Shown here one piece after another: positions 27,689-41,968 of a stretch of 64,000 bases of DNA. Where the stretch lies: contig CP086569.2 in NCBI GenBank assembly GCA_009914755.4, forward strand, positions 28,736,001-28,800,000, in the 5' to 3' direction. Made by a program: the position numbers and the translations under genes. The DNA is from the human T2T-CHM13v2.0 reference genome, Homo sapiens. The notes beneath the pieces were generated by a model. It did no database searches and was not told the DNA's origin. It saw only the letters and a list, made by a program, of their open reading frames with translations. Within the stretch, counting starts at the first letter, position 1, and each line of letters opens with the position of its first letter.

Positions 27689-30600
27689 TTGCATTCTATT
27701 CGAGTGATTTCCATTCGAGTCCTTTCCATTCGATTCCATTCCATTCTATTCCATTCCTTTGGATTCCATTCCATTCCGTTCCGTTCACATCAATTAATTG
27801 CGATTCCATTACATTCGATTTCTTGCCATTTGATTCCATTCCTTTTGACTCCATTTCATTCGATTCCATTCCATTCCATTAATTTCCATTCCATTCGAGA
27901 CCTTTCCATTGCAGTCTTTTCCCTTCGAGTCCATTCCGTTCGATTCCCTTCTATTCGATTCCATTCCATTGGAGTCCGTACCAGTCGAGTCCATTCTATT
28001 CCAGTCCATTAGTTTCGACTCCATTGCATTCGAGTGCATTCCATTCCGTGGCTGTCCATTCCATTCCGTTTGATGCCATTCCATACGATTCCATTCAATT
28101 CGAGACCATTCTATTCCTGTCCATTCCTTGCGGTTCGATTCCATTTCACTCTAGTCCATTCCATTCCATTCAATTCCATTCGACTCTATTCCGTTCCATT
28201 CAATTCCATTCCATTCGATTCCATTTTTTTCGAGAACCTTCCATTACACTCCCTTCCATTCCAGTGCATTCCATTCCAGTCTCTTCAGTTCGATTCCATT
28301 CCATTCGTTTAGATTCCTTTCCATTCCAGCCCATTCCATTCCATTCCATTCCTTTCCTTTCCGTTTCATTAGATTCCATTGCATTCCATTCCATTCAATT
28401 CAATTCCGTGCTATTCAATTTGATTCACTTCCATTTAATTCCATTCCATTAGATTCCATTCCGTACGATTCCATTCCTTTTGAATCCATTCCATTGGAGT
28501 CCATTCACTTCCAGAACATTCCATTCCAGTCGAATCCATTCGAGTACATTCCATTAAAGTTCATTACATTCTAATACATTCCATTCCATTGCATTCCATT
28601 CCATTCCATTCGATGCCATTCGATTCCATTCCATGCCAAATCATTGCATTCCTTTCCATTCCGTTCCTATCAATTCCATTCCATTCGATTTAGTTCGATT
28701 CTATTCACTTCCATTCCATTCGATTCCATTCCATTGGAGTCAATTCCTTTCGACACCCAGCCTTTGCAGTCAATGATTTTGGATTCCATTTTTTTGCATT
28801 CCATTACATTCTATGACATTCGATTCCGTTTCATTGCATTCCATTCCATACATTTTTATTCCATTCGAGACCGTAGCATTCCACTTTATTCCAGGCCTGT
28901 CCATTACACTACATTCCCTTCCATTCCAATGAATTCCATTCCATTCCAATCCATTCCTTTCCTTTCGCTTGCATTCCATTCTATTCCCTTCTACTGCATA
29001 CAATTTCACTCCATTCGTTCCCATTCCATTCAATTCCATTCCATTCAATTCCATTCCATTTGTTTCCATTCTCTTCGATTCCATTTCTTTATATTCCATG
29101 CCATTCGATTCCATTCTAATGGATTGCATTACATTCGTGTTCATTCCATTCCAGACCATTCCATTTGACTCCATTCCTTTCGAGCCCTTTCAATTTGAGT
29201 CCATTCCTTTCCAGTCCATTTCACTCCAGTCCATTACTATCCATTCCATACCATTCCATCCCATTCCATTCCATTCCATTCCATTCCATTCCATTCCATT
29301 CCATTGCATTCCATTCCATTCCATTCCATTGCACTGCACTCCATTCCATTACATTCTACTCTATCTGAGTCGGTTTTATTGCATTAGATTCTATTCCATT
29401 GGATTACTTTCCATTCGATTACATTCCATTCATGTACATTCCATTCCAGTCAATTACATTCGAGTTCATTACATTACATTCCAGTATATTCCATTGTATT
29501 CGATCCCATTCCTTTCAATTCCATTTCATTCGACTCCATTATATTCGATTCCATTCCACTCGAATCCATTCCATTAGAGGACATTCCATTCCAATGCATT
29601 CCATTCCATTCCATAACATTCCATTGCATTCGATTCCATTCCATTTGATGCCATTCCATTTGATGCCATTCCATGACATTCCATTCCATTCGAGTCCATT
29701 CCGTTCCAATTCATTCCATTCCTTTTCATGAAATTCGAGTCCTTTCCAGTACATTTCATTCCAATCCCATCCAATCCAATCTACTCCATTCAATTCCTTT
29801 CCATTCCATTTGATTAGATTCCATTGATTTGATTCCATTCAGTTTGATTCCATTCCGTGAAATTTCGTTCCATTCTATTCCATTGCATTACTTTCCATTC
29901 AATTCCATTCCATTTCATTTCAGTCCATTCGCTTCCTTTCCTTTCGATTCAATTCCATTTGATTCCACTCCATTCTATGCGATTTCATTCCAATCGATTC
30001 AATTCCATTCGATGACATTCCTTTCGTTTCCATTCCATTCGAGTCCATTCAATTTGAGCATTCGTGTCCATTCTATTCGAGTCCATTCCATTACCGTCTA
30101 TTCTATTCCCTTCCATTCCTGTTGATTCAATTTCATTCCCTTCTATTCGATTCCTTTCCATTCGATTCCATTCCTTTCCATTCCATTCCATTCGTTCCCA
30201 TTCCATCTGATTTCATTCCATTCCAGTCCATTATATTCGAGTCCACTCCACTCCATTCTATTACATTCAATTCCTTTTGAGTCCGTTCCATAACACTCCA
30301 TTAATTTCGATTCCATTTCTTGCCAGTTTTCTTCCATTTTATTCCATTCCGTTCGATTCCATTCCATTCGATTGCATTCCATTCGAATCCTTTCCATTCC
30401 ATTTCATTCCATTCCTTTCTATTCCATTCCATTTCATTCGATTTGATTCCATTCTGTTCTATTCCATTCAATTCTTTTTCATTCCATTCGAATCCTTTCT
30501 ATTGCAGTCCATTCCATTCGAGTCCATTCCAGTCCCTTCCATTCCATTCCATTACAGTCCATTGCAATAGATTCCATTCCTTTGCCTTCCATTCGAATCC

Positions 30601-31252
30601 ATTCCATTCTAGTCCATTCCATTTGAGTCAATTCCATTCCATTCCATTCTATTCCTTTCCAATCCATTCGATTCCATTCGATTCAATTCCATTTGATTCT
30701 CTTTCATTCTATTTTATTCCATGCCATTTGATTGCATTGCATTCCATTCCGTTTGATTCCAGTCCATTCAAGAAAGTTCCATTCCAGTCCATTGCTTTCC
30801 AGTCTATTCCATTCCACTCTAGTCTATTCCACTCCATTCCTTTCCATTCCATTCCATACTATTCCATTCCATTCCTTTGCATTCCGTTTCCAATCTATTC
30901 GAGTCCATTGCATTCCAGTCCAATCCATTCGATTACATTCCTTTTGATTCCCTGCCAGTCGATTGCATTGCATACTACACCATTCCAAAGGAGTCCATTC
31001 CATTCTATCTCAACACTTTCCATTCCACTCTGTTCGAGTCCATTCCATTCCAGTCCATTTAATTCAAGGGCATTCCATTCCATTCCATTCCATTCCATTT
31101 CATATTATTCCATTCCATTCAATTCCATTCCAGATGATTCCATTCCATTCTATACCATTGCTCTCTGTTCCATTCCATTCCATCTGTCTCCATTCCTTTC
31201 GTTTCGATTCCTTTCCATTCCATTCCATTACATTTGATCCTATTTTATTAAA
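27689..31252 (+). repeat. HOR unit 9, 3564 bp (GGCC at 28894-28897)
   Basis: Anchor at 27689. The artefact ORF 27689..28012 is identical to 24116..24439. Confidence 0.85.
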
Positions 31253-34200
31253 TTGCATTCTATTCGAGTGATTTCCATTCGAGTCCTTTCCATTCGATTC
31301 CATTCCATTCTATTCCATTCCTTTGGATTCCATTCCATTCCGTTCCGTTCACATCAATTCCTTGCGATTCCATTACATTCGATTTCTTGCCATTCGATTC
31401 CATTCCTTTTGACTCCATTTCATTCGATTCCATTCCATTCCATTAATTTCCATTCCATTCGAGACCTTTCCATTGCAGTCTTTTCCCTTCGAGTCCATTC
31501 CGTTCGATTCCCTTCCATTCGATTCCATTCCATTGGAGTCCGTACCAGTCGAGTCCATTCTATTCCAGTCCATTAGTTTCGACTCCATTGCATTCGAGTG
31601 CATTCCATTCCGTGGCTGTCCATTCCATTCCGTTTGATGCCATTCCATACGATTCCATTCAATTCGAGACCATTCTATTCCTGTCCATTCCTTGCGGTTC
31701 GATTCCATTTCACTCTAGTCCATTCCATTCCATTCAATTCCATTCGACTCTATTCCGTTCCATTCAATTCCATTCCATTCGATTCCATTTTTTTCGAGAA
31801 CCTTCCATTACACTCCCTTCCATTCCAGTGCATTCCATTCCAGTCTCTTCAGTTCGATTCCATTCCATTCGTTTAGATTCCTTTCCATTCCAGCCCATTC
31901 CATTCCATTCCATTCCTTTCCTTTCCGTTTCATTAGATTCCATTGCATTCCATTCCATTCAATTCAATTCCGTGCTATTCAATTTGATTCACTTCCATTT
32001 AATTCCATTCCATTAGATTCCATTCCGTACGATTCCATTCCTTTTGAATCCATTCCATTGGAGTCCATTCACTTCCAGAACATTCCATTCCAGTCGAATC
32101 CATTCGAGTACATTCCATTAAAGTTCATTACATTCTAATACATTCCATTCCATTGCATTCCATTCCATTCCATTCGATGCCATTCGATTCCATTCCATGC
32201 CAAATCATTGCATTCCTTTCCATTCCGTTCCTATCAATTCCATTCCATTCGATTTAGTTCGATTCTATTCACTTCCATTCCATTCGATTCCATTCCATTG
32301 GAGTCAATTCCTTTCGACACCCAGCCTTTCCAGTCAATGATTTTGGATTCCATTTTGTTGCATTCCATTACATTCTATGACATTCGATTCCGTTTCATTG
32401 CATTCCATTCCATACATTTTTATTCCATTCGAGACCGTAGCATTCCACTTTATTCCAGGCCTGTCCATTACACTACATTCCCTTCCATTCCAATGAATTC
32501 CATTCCATTCCAATCCATTCCTTTCCTTTCGCTTGCATTCCATTCTATTCCCTTCTACTGCATACAATTTCACTCCATTCGTTCCCATTCCATTCAATTC
32601 CATTCCATTCAATTCCATTCCATTTGTTTCCATTCTCTTCGATTCCATTTCTTTATATTCCATGCCATTCGATTCCATTCTATTGGATTGCATTACATTC
32701 GTGTTCATTCCATTCCAGACCATTCCATTTGACTCCATTCCTTTCGAGCCCTTTCAATTTGAGTCCATTCCTTTCCAGTCCATTTCACTCCAGTCCATTA
32801 CTATCCATTCCATCCCATTCCATCCCATTCCATTCCATTCCATTCCATTCCATTCCATTCCATTCCATTCCATTTCATTCCATTCCATTCCATTCCATTG
32901 CACTGCACTCCATTCCATTACATTCTACTCTATCTGAGTCGGTTTAATTGCATTAGATTCTATTCCATTGGATTACTTTCCATTCGATTACATTCCATTC
33001 ATGTACATTCCATTCCAGTCAATTACATTCGAGTTCATTACATTACATTCCAGTATATTCCATTGTGTTCGATCCCATTCCTTTCAATTCCATTTCATTC
33101 GACTCCATTATATTCGATTCCATTCCACTCGAATCCATTCCATTAGAGGACATTCCATTCCAATGCATTCCATTCCATTCCATAACATTCCATTGCATTC
33201 GATTCCATTCCATTTGATGCCATTCCATTTGATGCCATTCCATGACATTCCATTCCATTCGAGTCCATTCCGTTCCAATTCATTCCATTCCGTTTCATGA
33301 AATTCGAGTCCTTTCCAGTACATTTCATTCCAATCCCATCCAATCCAATCTACTCCATTCAATTCCTTTCCATTCCATTTGATTAGATTCCATTGATTTG
33401 ATTCCATTCAGTTTGATTCCATTCCGTGAAATTTCGTTCCATTCTATTCCATTGCATTACTTTCCATTCAATTCCATTCCATTTCATTTCAGTCCATTCG
33501 CTTCCTTTCCTTTCGATTCAATTCCATTTGATTCCACTCCATTCTATGCGATTTCATTCCAATCGATTCAATTCCATTGGATGACATTCCTTTCGTTTCC
33601 ATTCCTTTCGAGTCCATTCAATTTGAGCATTCGTGTCCATTCTATTCGAGTCCATTCCATTACCGTCTATTCTATTCCCTTCCATTCCTGTTGATTCAAT
33701 TTCATTCCCTTCCATTCGATTCCTTTCCATTCGATTCCATTCCTTTCCATTCCATTCCATTCGTTCCCATTCCATGTGATTTCATTCCATTCCAGTCCAT
33801 TATATTCGAGTCCACTCCACTCCATTCTATTACATTCAATTCCTTTGGAGTCCGTTCCATAACACTCCATTCATTTCGATTCCATTTCTTGCCAGTTTTC
33901 TTCCATTTTATTCCATTCCGTTCGATTCCATTCCATTCGATTGCATTCCATTCGAATCCTTTCCATTCCATTTCATTCCATTCCTTTCTATTCCATTCCA
34001 TTTCATTCGATTTGATTCCATTCTGTTCTATTCCATTCAATTCTTTTTCATTCCATTCGAATCCTTTCTATTGCAGTCCATTCCATTCGAGTCCATTCCA
34101 ATCCCTTCCATTCCATTCCATTACAGACCATTCCAATAGATTCCGTTCCTTTGCCTTCCATTCGAATCCATTCCATTCTAGTCCATTCCATTTGAGTCAA

Positions 34201-34806
34201 TTCCATTCCATTCCATTCTATTCCTTTCCAATCCATTCGATTCCATTCGATTCAATTCCATTTGATTCTCTTTCATTCTATTTTATTCCATGCCATTTGA
34301 TTGCATTGCATTCCATTCCGTTTGATTCCAGTCCATTCAAGAAAGTTCCATTCCAGTCCATTGCTTTCCAGTCCATTCCATTCCACTCTAGTCTATTCCA
34401 CTCCATTCCTTTCCATTCCATTCCATACTATTCCATTCCGTTTCCAATCTATTCGAGTCCATTGCATTCCAGTCCAATCCATTCGATTACATTCCTTTTG
34501 ATTCCCTGCCAGTCGATTGCATTGCATACTACACCATTCCAAAGGAGTCCATTCCATTCTATCTCAACACTTTCCATTCCACTCTGTTCGAGTCCATTCC
34601 ATTCCAGTCCGTTTAATTCAAGGGCATTCCATTCCATTCCATTCCATTCCATTTCATATTATTCCATTCCATTCAATTCCATTCCAGATGATTCCATTCC
34701 ATTCTATACCATTGCTCTCTGTTCCATTCCATTCCATCTGTCTCCATTCCTTTCGTTTCGATTCCTTTCCATTCCATTCCATTCCATTTGATCCTATTTT
34801 ATTAAG
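31253..34806 (+). repeat. HOR unit 10, 3554 bp (GGCC at 32458-32461)
   Basis: Anchor at 31253. It carries two private 15-bp (3 x pentamer) deletions, seen as missing FLCIP and HSFAF in ORFs 33577..34791 and 34301..34501. Confidence 0.85.
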
Positions 34807-37800
34807 TTGCATTCTATTCGAGTGATTTCCATTCGAGTCCTTTCCATTCGATTCCATTCCATTCTATTCCATTCCTTTGGATTCCATTCCATTCCGTTCC
34901 GTTCACATCAATTCCTTGCGATTCCATTACATTCGATTTCTTGCCATTCGATTCCATTCCTTTTGACTCCATTTCATTCGATTCCATTCCATTCCATTAA
35001 TTTCCATTCCATTCGAGACCTTTCCATTGCAGTCTTTTCCCTTCGAGTCCATTCCGTTCGAATCCCTTCCATTCGATTCCATTCCATTGGAGTCCGTACC
35101 AGTCGAGTCCATTCTATTCCAGTCCATAAGTTTCGACTCCGTTGCATTCGAGTGCATTCCATTCCGTGGCTGTCCATTCCATTCCGTTTGATGCCATTCC
35201 ATACGATTCCATTCAATTCGAGACCATTCTATTCCTGTCCATTCCTTGTGGTTTGATTCCATTTCACTCTAGTCCATTCCATTCCATTCAATTCCATTCG
35301 ACTCTATTCCGTTCCATTCAATTCCATTCCATTCGATTCCATTTTTTTCGAGAACCTTCCATTACACTCCCTTCCATTCCAGTGCATTCCATTCCAGTCT
35401 CTTCAGTTCGATTCCATTCCATTCGTTTCGATTCCTTTCCATTCCAGCCCATTCCATTCCATTCCATTCCTTTCCTTTCCGTTTCATTAGATTCCATTGC
35501 ATTCCATTCCATTCAATTCAATTCCGTGCTATTCAATTTGATTCCTTTGCATTTAATTCCATTCCATTAGATTCCATTCCGTTCGATTCCATTCCTTTCG
35601 AATCCATTCCATTGGAGTCCATTCACTTCCAGAACATTCCATTTCAGTCGAATCAATTCGAGTACATTCCATTAATGTTCATTACATTCTAATACATTCC
35701 ATTCCATTGCATTCCATTCCATTCCATTCGATGCCATTCGATTCCATTCCGTGCCAAATGATTGCATTCCTTTCCATTCCGTTCCTATCAATTCCATTCC
35801 ATTCGATTTAGTTCGATTCTATTCACTTCCATTCCATTCGATTCCATTCCATTGGAGTCAATTCCTTTCGACACCCAGCCTTTCCAGTCAATGATTTTGG
35901 ATTCCATTTTTTTGCATTCCATTACATTCTATGACATTCGATTCCGTTTCATTGCATTCCATTCCATACATTTTTATTCCATTCGAGACCGTAGCATTCC
36001 ACTTTATTCCAGGCCTGTCCATTACACTACATTCCCTTCCATTCCAATGAATTCCATTCCATTCCAATCCATTCCTTTCCTTTGGCTTGCATTCCATTCT
36101 ATTCCCTTCTACTGCATACAATTTCACTCCATTCGTTCCCATTCCATTCAATTCCATTCCATTCAATTCCATTCCATTTGTTTCCATTCTCTTCGATTCC
36201 ATTTCTTTATATTCCATGACATTCGATTCCATTCTATTGGATTGCATTACATTCGTGTTCATTCCATTCCAGACCATTCCATTTGACTCCATTCCTTTCG
36301 AGCCCTTTCAATTTGAGTCCATTCCTTTCCAGTCCATTTCACTCCAGTCCATTACTATCCATTCCATACCATTCCATCCCATTCCATCCCATTCCATTCC
36401 ATTCCATTCCATTCCATTCCATTCCATTCCATTCCATTCCATTCAATTGCATTCCATTCCATTCCATTCCATTGCACTGCACTCCATTCCATTACATTCT
36501 ACTCTATCTGAGTTGATTTTATTGCATTAGATTATATTCCATTGGATTATTTTCCATTCGATTACATTCCATTCATATACATTCCATTCCAGTCAATTAC
36601 ATTCGAGTTCATTACATTACATTCCAGTATATTCCATTGTATTCGATCCCATTCCTTTCAATTCCATTTCATTCGACTCCATTATATTCGATTTCATTCC
36701 ACTCGAATCCATTCCATTAGAGGACATTCCATTCCAATGCATTCCATTCCATTCCATAGCATTCCATTGCATTCGATTCCATTCCATTTGATGCCATTCC
36801 ATTTGATGCCATTCCATGACATTCCATTCCATTCGAGTCCATTCCGTTCCAATTCATTCCATTCCGTTTCATGAAATTCGAGTCCTTTCCAGTACATTTC
36901 ATTCCAATCCCATCCAATCCAATCTACTCCATTCAATTCCTTTCCATTCCATTTGATTTGATTCCATTGATTTGATTCCATTCAGTTTGATTCCATTCCG
37001 TGAAATTTCGTTCCATTCTATTCCATTGCATTACTTTCCATTCAATTCCATTCCATTTCATTTCAGTCCATTCGCTTCCTTTCCTTTCGATTCAATTCCA
37101 TTTGATTCCACTCCATTCTATGCGATTTCATTCCAATCGATTCAATTCCATTCGATGACATTCCTTTCGTTTCCATTCCATTCGAGTCCATTCAATTTGA
37201 GCATTCGTGTCCATTCTATTCGAGTCCATTCCATTACCGTCTATTCTATTCCCTTCCATTCCTGTTGATTCAATTTCATTCCCTTCCATTCGATTCCTTT
37301 CCATTCGATTCCATTCCTTTCCATTCCATTCCATTCGTTCCCATTCCATGTGATTTCATTCCATTCCAGTCCATTATATTCGAGTCCACTCCACTCCATT
37401 CTATTACATTCAATTCCTTTTGAGTCCGTTCCATAACACTCCATTCATTTCGATTCCATTTCTTGCCAGTTTTCTTCCATTTTATTCCATTCCGTTCGAT
37501 TCCATTCCATTCGATTGCATTCCATTCGAATCCTTTCCATTCCATTTCATTCCATTCCTTTCTATTCCATTCCATTTCATTCGATTTGATTCCATTCTGT
37601 TCTATTCCATTCAATTCTTTTTCATTCCATTCGAATCCTTTCTATTGCAGTCCATTCCATTCGAGTCCATTCCAATCCCTTCCATTCCATTCCATTACAG
37701 TCCATTCCAATAGATTCCATTCCTTTGCCTTCCATTCGAATCCATTCCATTCTAGTCCATTCCATTTGAGTCAATTCCATTCCATTCCATTCTATTCCTT

Positions 37801-38389
37801 TCCAATCCATTCGATTCAATTCCATTTGATTCTCTTTCATTCTATTTTATTCCATGCCATTGATTGCATTGCATTCCATTCCGTTTGATTCCAGTCCATT
37901 CAAGAAAGTTCCATTCCAGTCCATTGCTTTCCAGTCCATTCCATTCCACTCTAGTCTATTCCACTCCATTCCTTTCCATTCCATTCCATACTATTCCATT
38001 CCATTCCTTTGCATTCCGTTTCCAATCTATTCGAGTCCATTGCATTCCAGTCCAATCCATTCCATTACATTCCTTTTGATTCCCTGCCAGTCGATTGCAT
38101 TGCATACTACACCATTCCAAAGGAGTCCATTCCATTCTATCTCAACACTTTCCATTCCACTCTGTTCGAGTCCATTCCATTCCAGTCCATTTAATTCAAG
38201 GGCATTCCATTCCATTCCATTCCATTCAATTCCATTTCATATTATTCCATTCCATTCAATTCCATTCCAGATGATTCCATTCCATTCTATACCATTGCTC
38301 TCTGTTCCCTTCCATTCCATCTGTCTCCATTCCTTTCGTTTCGATTCCTTTCCATTCCATTCCATTACATTTGATCCTATTTTATTAAA
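34807..38389 (+). repeat. HOR unit 11, 3583 bp (GGCC at 36012-36015)
   Basis: Anchor at 34807, next anchor at 38390. Confidence 0.85.
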
Positions 38390-41300
38390 TTGCATTCTAT
38401 TCGAGTGATTTCCATTCGAGTCCTTTCCATTCGATTCCATTCCATTCTATTCCATTCCTTTGGATTCCATTCCATTCCCTTCCGTTCACATCAATTCCTT
38501 GCGATTCCATTACATTCGATTTCTTGCCATTCGATTCCATTCCTTTTGACTCCATTTCATTCGATTCCATTCCATTCCATTAATTTCCATTCCATTCGAG
38601 ACCATTCCATTGCAGTCTTTTCCCTTCGAGTCCATTCCGTTCGATTCCCTTCCATTCGATTCCATTCCATTGGAGTCCGTACCAGTCGAGTCCATTCTAT
38701 TCCAGTCCATTAGTTTCGACTCCATTACATTCGAGTGCATTCCATTCCGTGGCTGTCCATTCCATTCCGTTTGATGCCATTCCATATGATTCCATTCAAT
38801 TCGAGACCATTCTATTCCTGTCCATTCCTTGTGCTTCGATTCCATTTCACTCTAGTCCATTCCATTCCATTCAATTCCATTCGACTCTATTCCGTTCCAT
38901 TCAATTCCATTCCATTCGATTCCATTTTTTTCGAGAACCTTCCATTACACTCCCTTCCATTCCAGTGCATTCCATTCCAGTCTCTTCAGTTCGATTCCAT
39001 TCCATTCGTTTCGATTCCTTTCCATTCCAGCCCATTCCATTCCATTCCATTCCTTTCCTTTCCGTTTCATTAGATTCCATTGCATTCCATTCCATTCAAT
39101 TCAATTCCGTGCTATTCAATTTGATTCATATCCATTTAATTCCATTCCATTAGATTCCATTCCGTACGATTCCATTCCTTTGGAATCCATTCCATTGGAG
39201 TCCATTCACTTCCAGAACATTCCATTCCAGTCGAATCCATTCGAGTACATTCCATTAAAGTTCATTACATTCTAATACATTCCATTCCATTGCATTCCAT
39301 TCCATTCCATTCGATGCCATTCGATTCCATTCCATGCCAAATCATTGCATTCCTTTCCATTCCGTTCCTATCAATTCCATTCCATTCGATTTAGTTCGAT
39401 TCTATTCACTTCCATTCCATTCGATTCCATTCCATTGGAGTCAATTCCTTTCGACACCCAGCCTTTCCAGTCAATGATTTTGGAGTCCATTTTTTTGCAT
39501 TCCATTACATTCTATGACATTCGATTCCGTTTCATTGCATTCCATTCCATACATTTTTATTCCATTCGAGACCGTAGCATTCCACTTTATTCCAGACCTG
39601 TCCATTACACTACATTCCCTTCCATTCCAATGAATTCCATTCCATTCCAATCCATTCCTTTCCTTTCGCTTGCATTCCATTCTATTCCCTTCTACTGCAT
39701 ACAATTTCACTCCATTCGTTCCCATTCCATTCAATTCCATTCCATTCAATTCCATTCCATTTGTTTCCATTCTCTTCGATTCCATTTCTTTATATTCCAT
39801 GCCATTCGATTCCATTCTATTGGATTGCATTACATTCGTGTTCATTCCATTCCAGACCATTCCATTTGACTCCATTCCTTTCGAGCCCTTTCAATTTGAG
39901 TCCATTCCTTTCCAGTCCAGTTCACTCCAGTCCATTACTATCCATTCCATACCATTCCATCCCATTCCATTCCATTCCATTCCATTCCATTCCATTCCAT
40001 TCCATTGCATTCAATTCCATTCCATTCCATTGCACTGCACTCCATTCCATTACATTCTACTCTATCTGAGTCGGTTTTATTGCATTAGATTCTATTCCAT
40101 TGGATTACTTTCCATTCGATTACATTCCATTCATGTACATTCCATTCCAGTCAATTACATTCGAGTTCATTACATTACATTCCAGTATATTCCATTCTAT
40201 TCGATCCCATTCCTTTCAATTCCATTTCATTCGACTCCATTATATTCGATTCCATTCCACTCGAATCCATTCCATTAGAGGACATTCCATTCCAATGCAT
40301 TCCATTCCATTCCATAACATTCCATTGCATTCGATTCCATTCCATTTGATGCCATTCCATTTGATGCCATTCCATGACATTCCATTCCATTCGAGTCCAT
40401 TCCGTTCCAATTCATTCCATTCCGTTTCATGAAATTCGAGTCCTTTCCAGTACATTTCATTCCAATCCCATCCAATCCAATCTACTCCATTCAATTCCTT
40501 TCCATTCCATTTGATTAGATTCCATTGATTTGATTCCATTCAGTTTGATTCCATTCCGTGAAATTTCGTTCCATTCTATTCCATTGCATTACTTTCCATT
40601 CAATTCCATTCCATTTCATTTCAGTCCATTCGCTTCCTTTCCTTTCGATTCAATTCCATTTGATTCCACTCCATTCTATGCGATTTCATTCCAATCGATT
40701 CAATTCCATTCGATGACATTCCTTTCGTTTCCATTCCATTCGAGTCCATTCAATTTGAGCATTCGTGTCCATTCTATTCGAGTCCATTCCATTTCCGTCT
40801 ATTCTATTCCCTTCCATTCCTGTTGATTCAATTTCATTCCCTTCCATTCGATTCCTTTCCATTCGATTCCATTCCTTTCCATTCCATTCCATTCGTTCCC
40901 ATTCCATGTGATTTCATTCCATTCCAGTCCATTATATTCGAGTCCACTCCACTCCATTCTATTACATTCAATTCCTTTTGAGTCCGTTCCATAACACTCC
41001 ATTCATTTCGCTTCCATTTCTTGCCAGTTTGCTTCCATTTTATTCCATTCCGTTCGATTCCATTCCATTCGATTGCATTCCATTCGAATCCTTTCCATTC
41101 CATTTCATTCCATTCCTTTCTATTCCATTCCATTTCATTCGATTTGATTCCATTCTGTTCTATTCCATTCAATTCTTTTTCATTCCATTCGAATCCTTTC
41201 TATTGCAGTCCATTCCGTTCGAGTCCATTCCAATCCCTTCCATTCCATTCCATTACAGTCCATTCCAATAGATTCCATTCCTTTGCCTTCCATTCGAATC

Positions 41301-41968
41301 CATTCCATTCTAGTCCATTCCATTTGAGTCAATTCCATTCCATTCCATTCTATTCCTTTCCAATCCATTAGATTCCATTCGATTCAATTCCATTTGATTC
41401 TCTTTCATTCTATTTTATTCCATGCCATTTGATTGCATTGCATTCCATTCCGTTTGATTCCAGTCCATTCAAGAAAGTTCCATTCCAGTCCATTGCTTTC
41501 CAGTCCATTCCATTCCATTCTAGTCTATTCCACTCCATTCCTTTCCATTCCATTCCATACTATTCCATTCCATTCTTTTGCATTCCGTTTCCAATCTATT
41601 CGAGTCCATTGCATTCCAGTCCAGTCCATTCCATTACATTCCTTTTGATTCCCTGCCAGTCGATTGCATTGCATACTACACCATTCCAAAGGAGTCCATT
41701 CCATTCTATCTCAACACTTTCCATTCCACTCTGTTCGAGTCCATTCCATTCCAGTCCATTTAATTCAAGGGCATTCCATTCCATTCCATTCCATTCCATT
41801 CCATTCCATTCCATTTCATATTATTCCATTCCATTCAATTCCATTCCAGATGATTCCATTCCATTCTATACCATTGCTCTCTGTTCCCTTCCATTCCATC
41901 TGTCTCCATTCCTTTCGTTTCGATTCCTTTCCATTCCATTCCATTACATTTGATCCTATTTTATTAAA
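38390..41968 (+). repeat. HOR unit 12, 3579 bp, subtype 1 (no GGCC)
   Basis: Anchor at 38390. The first ~345 bp are identical to units 1 and 15 (artefact ORF 38390..38713 = 151..474 = 49107..49430). Confidence 0.85.
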
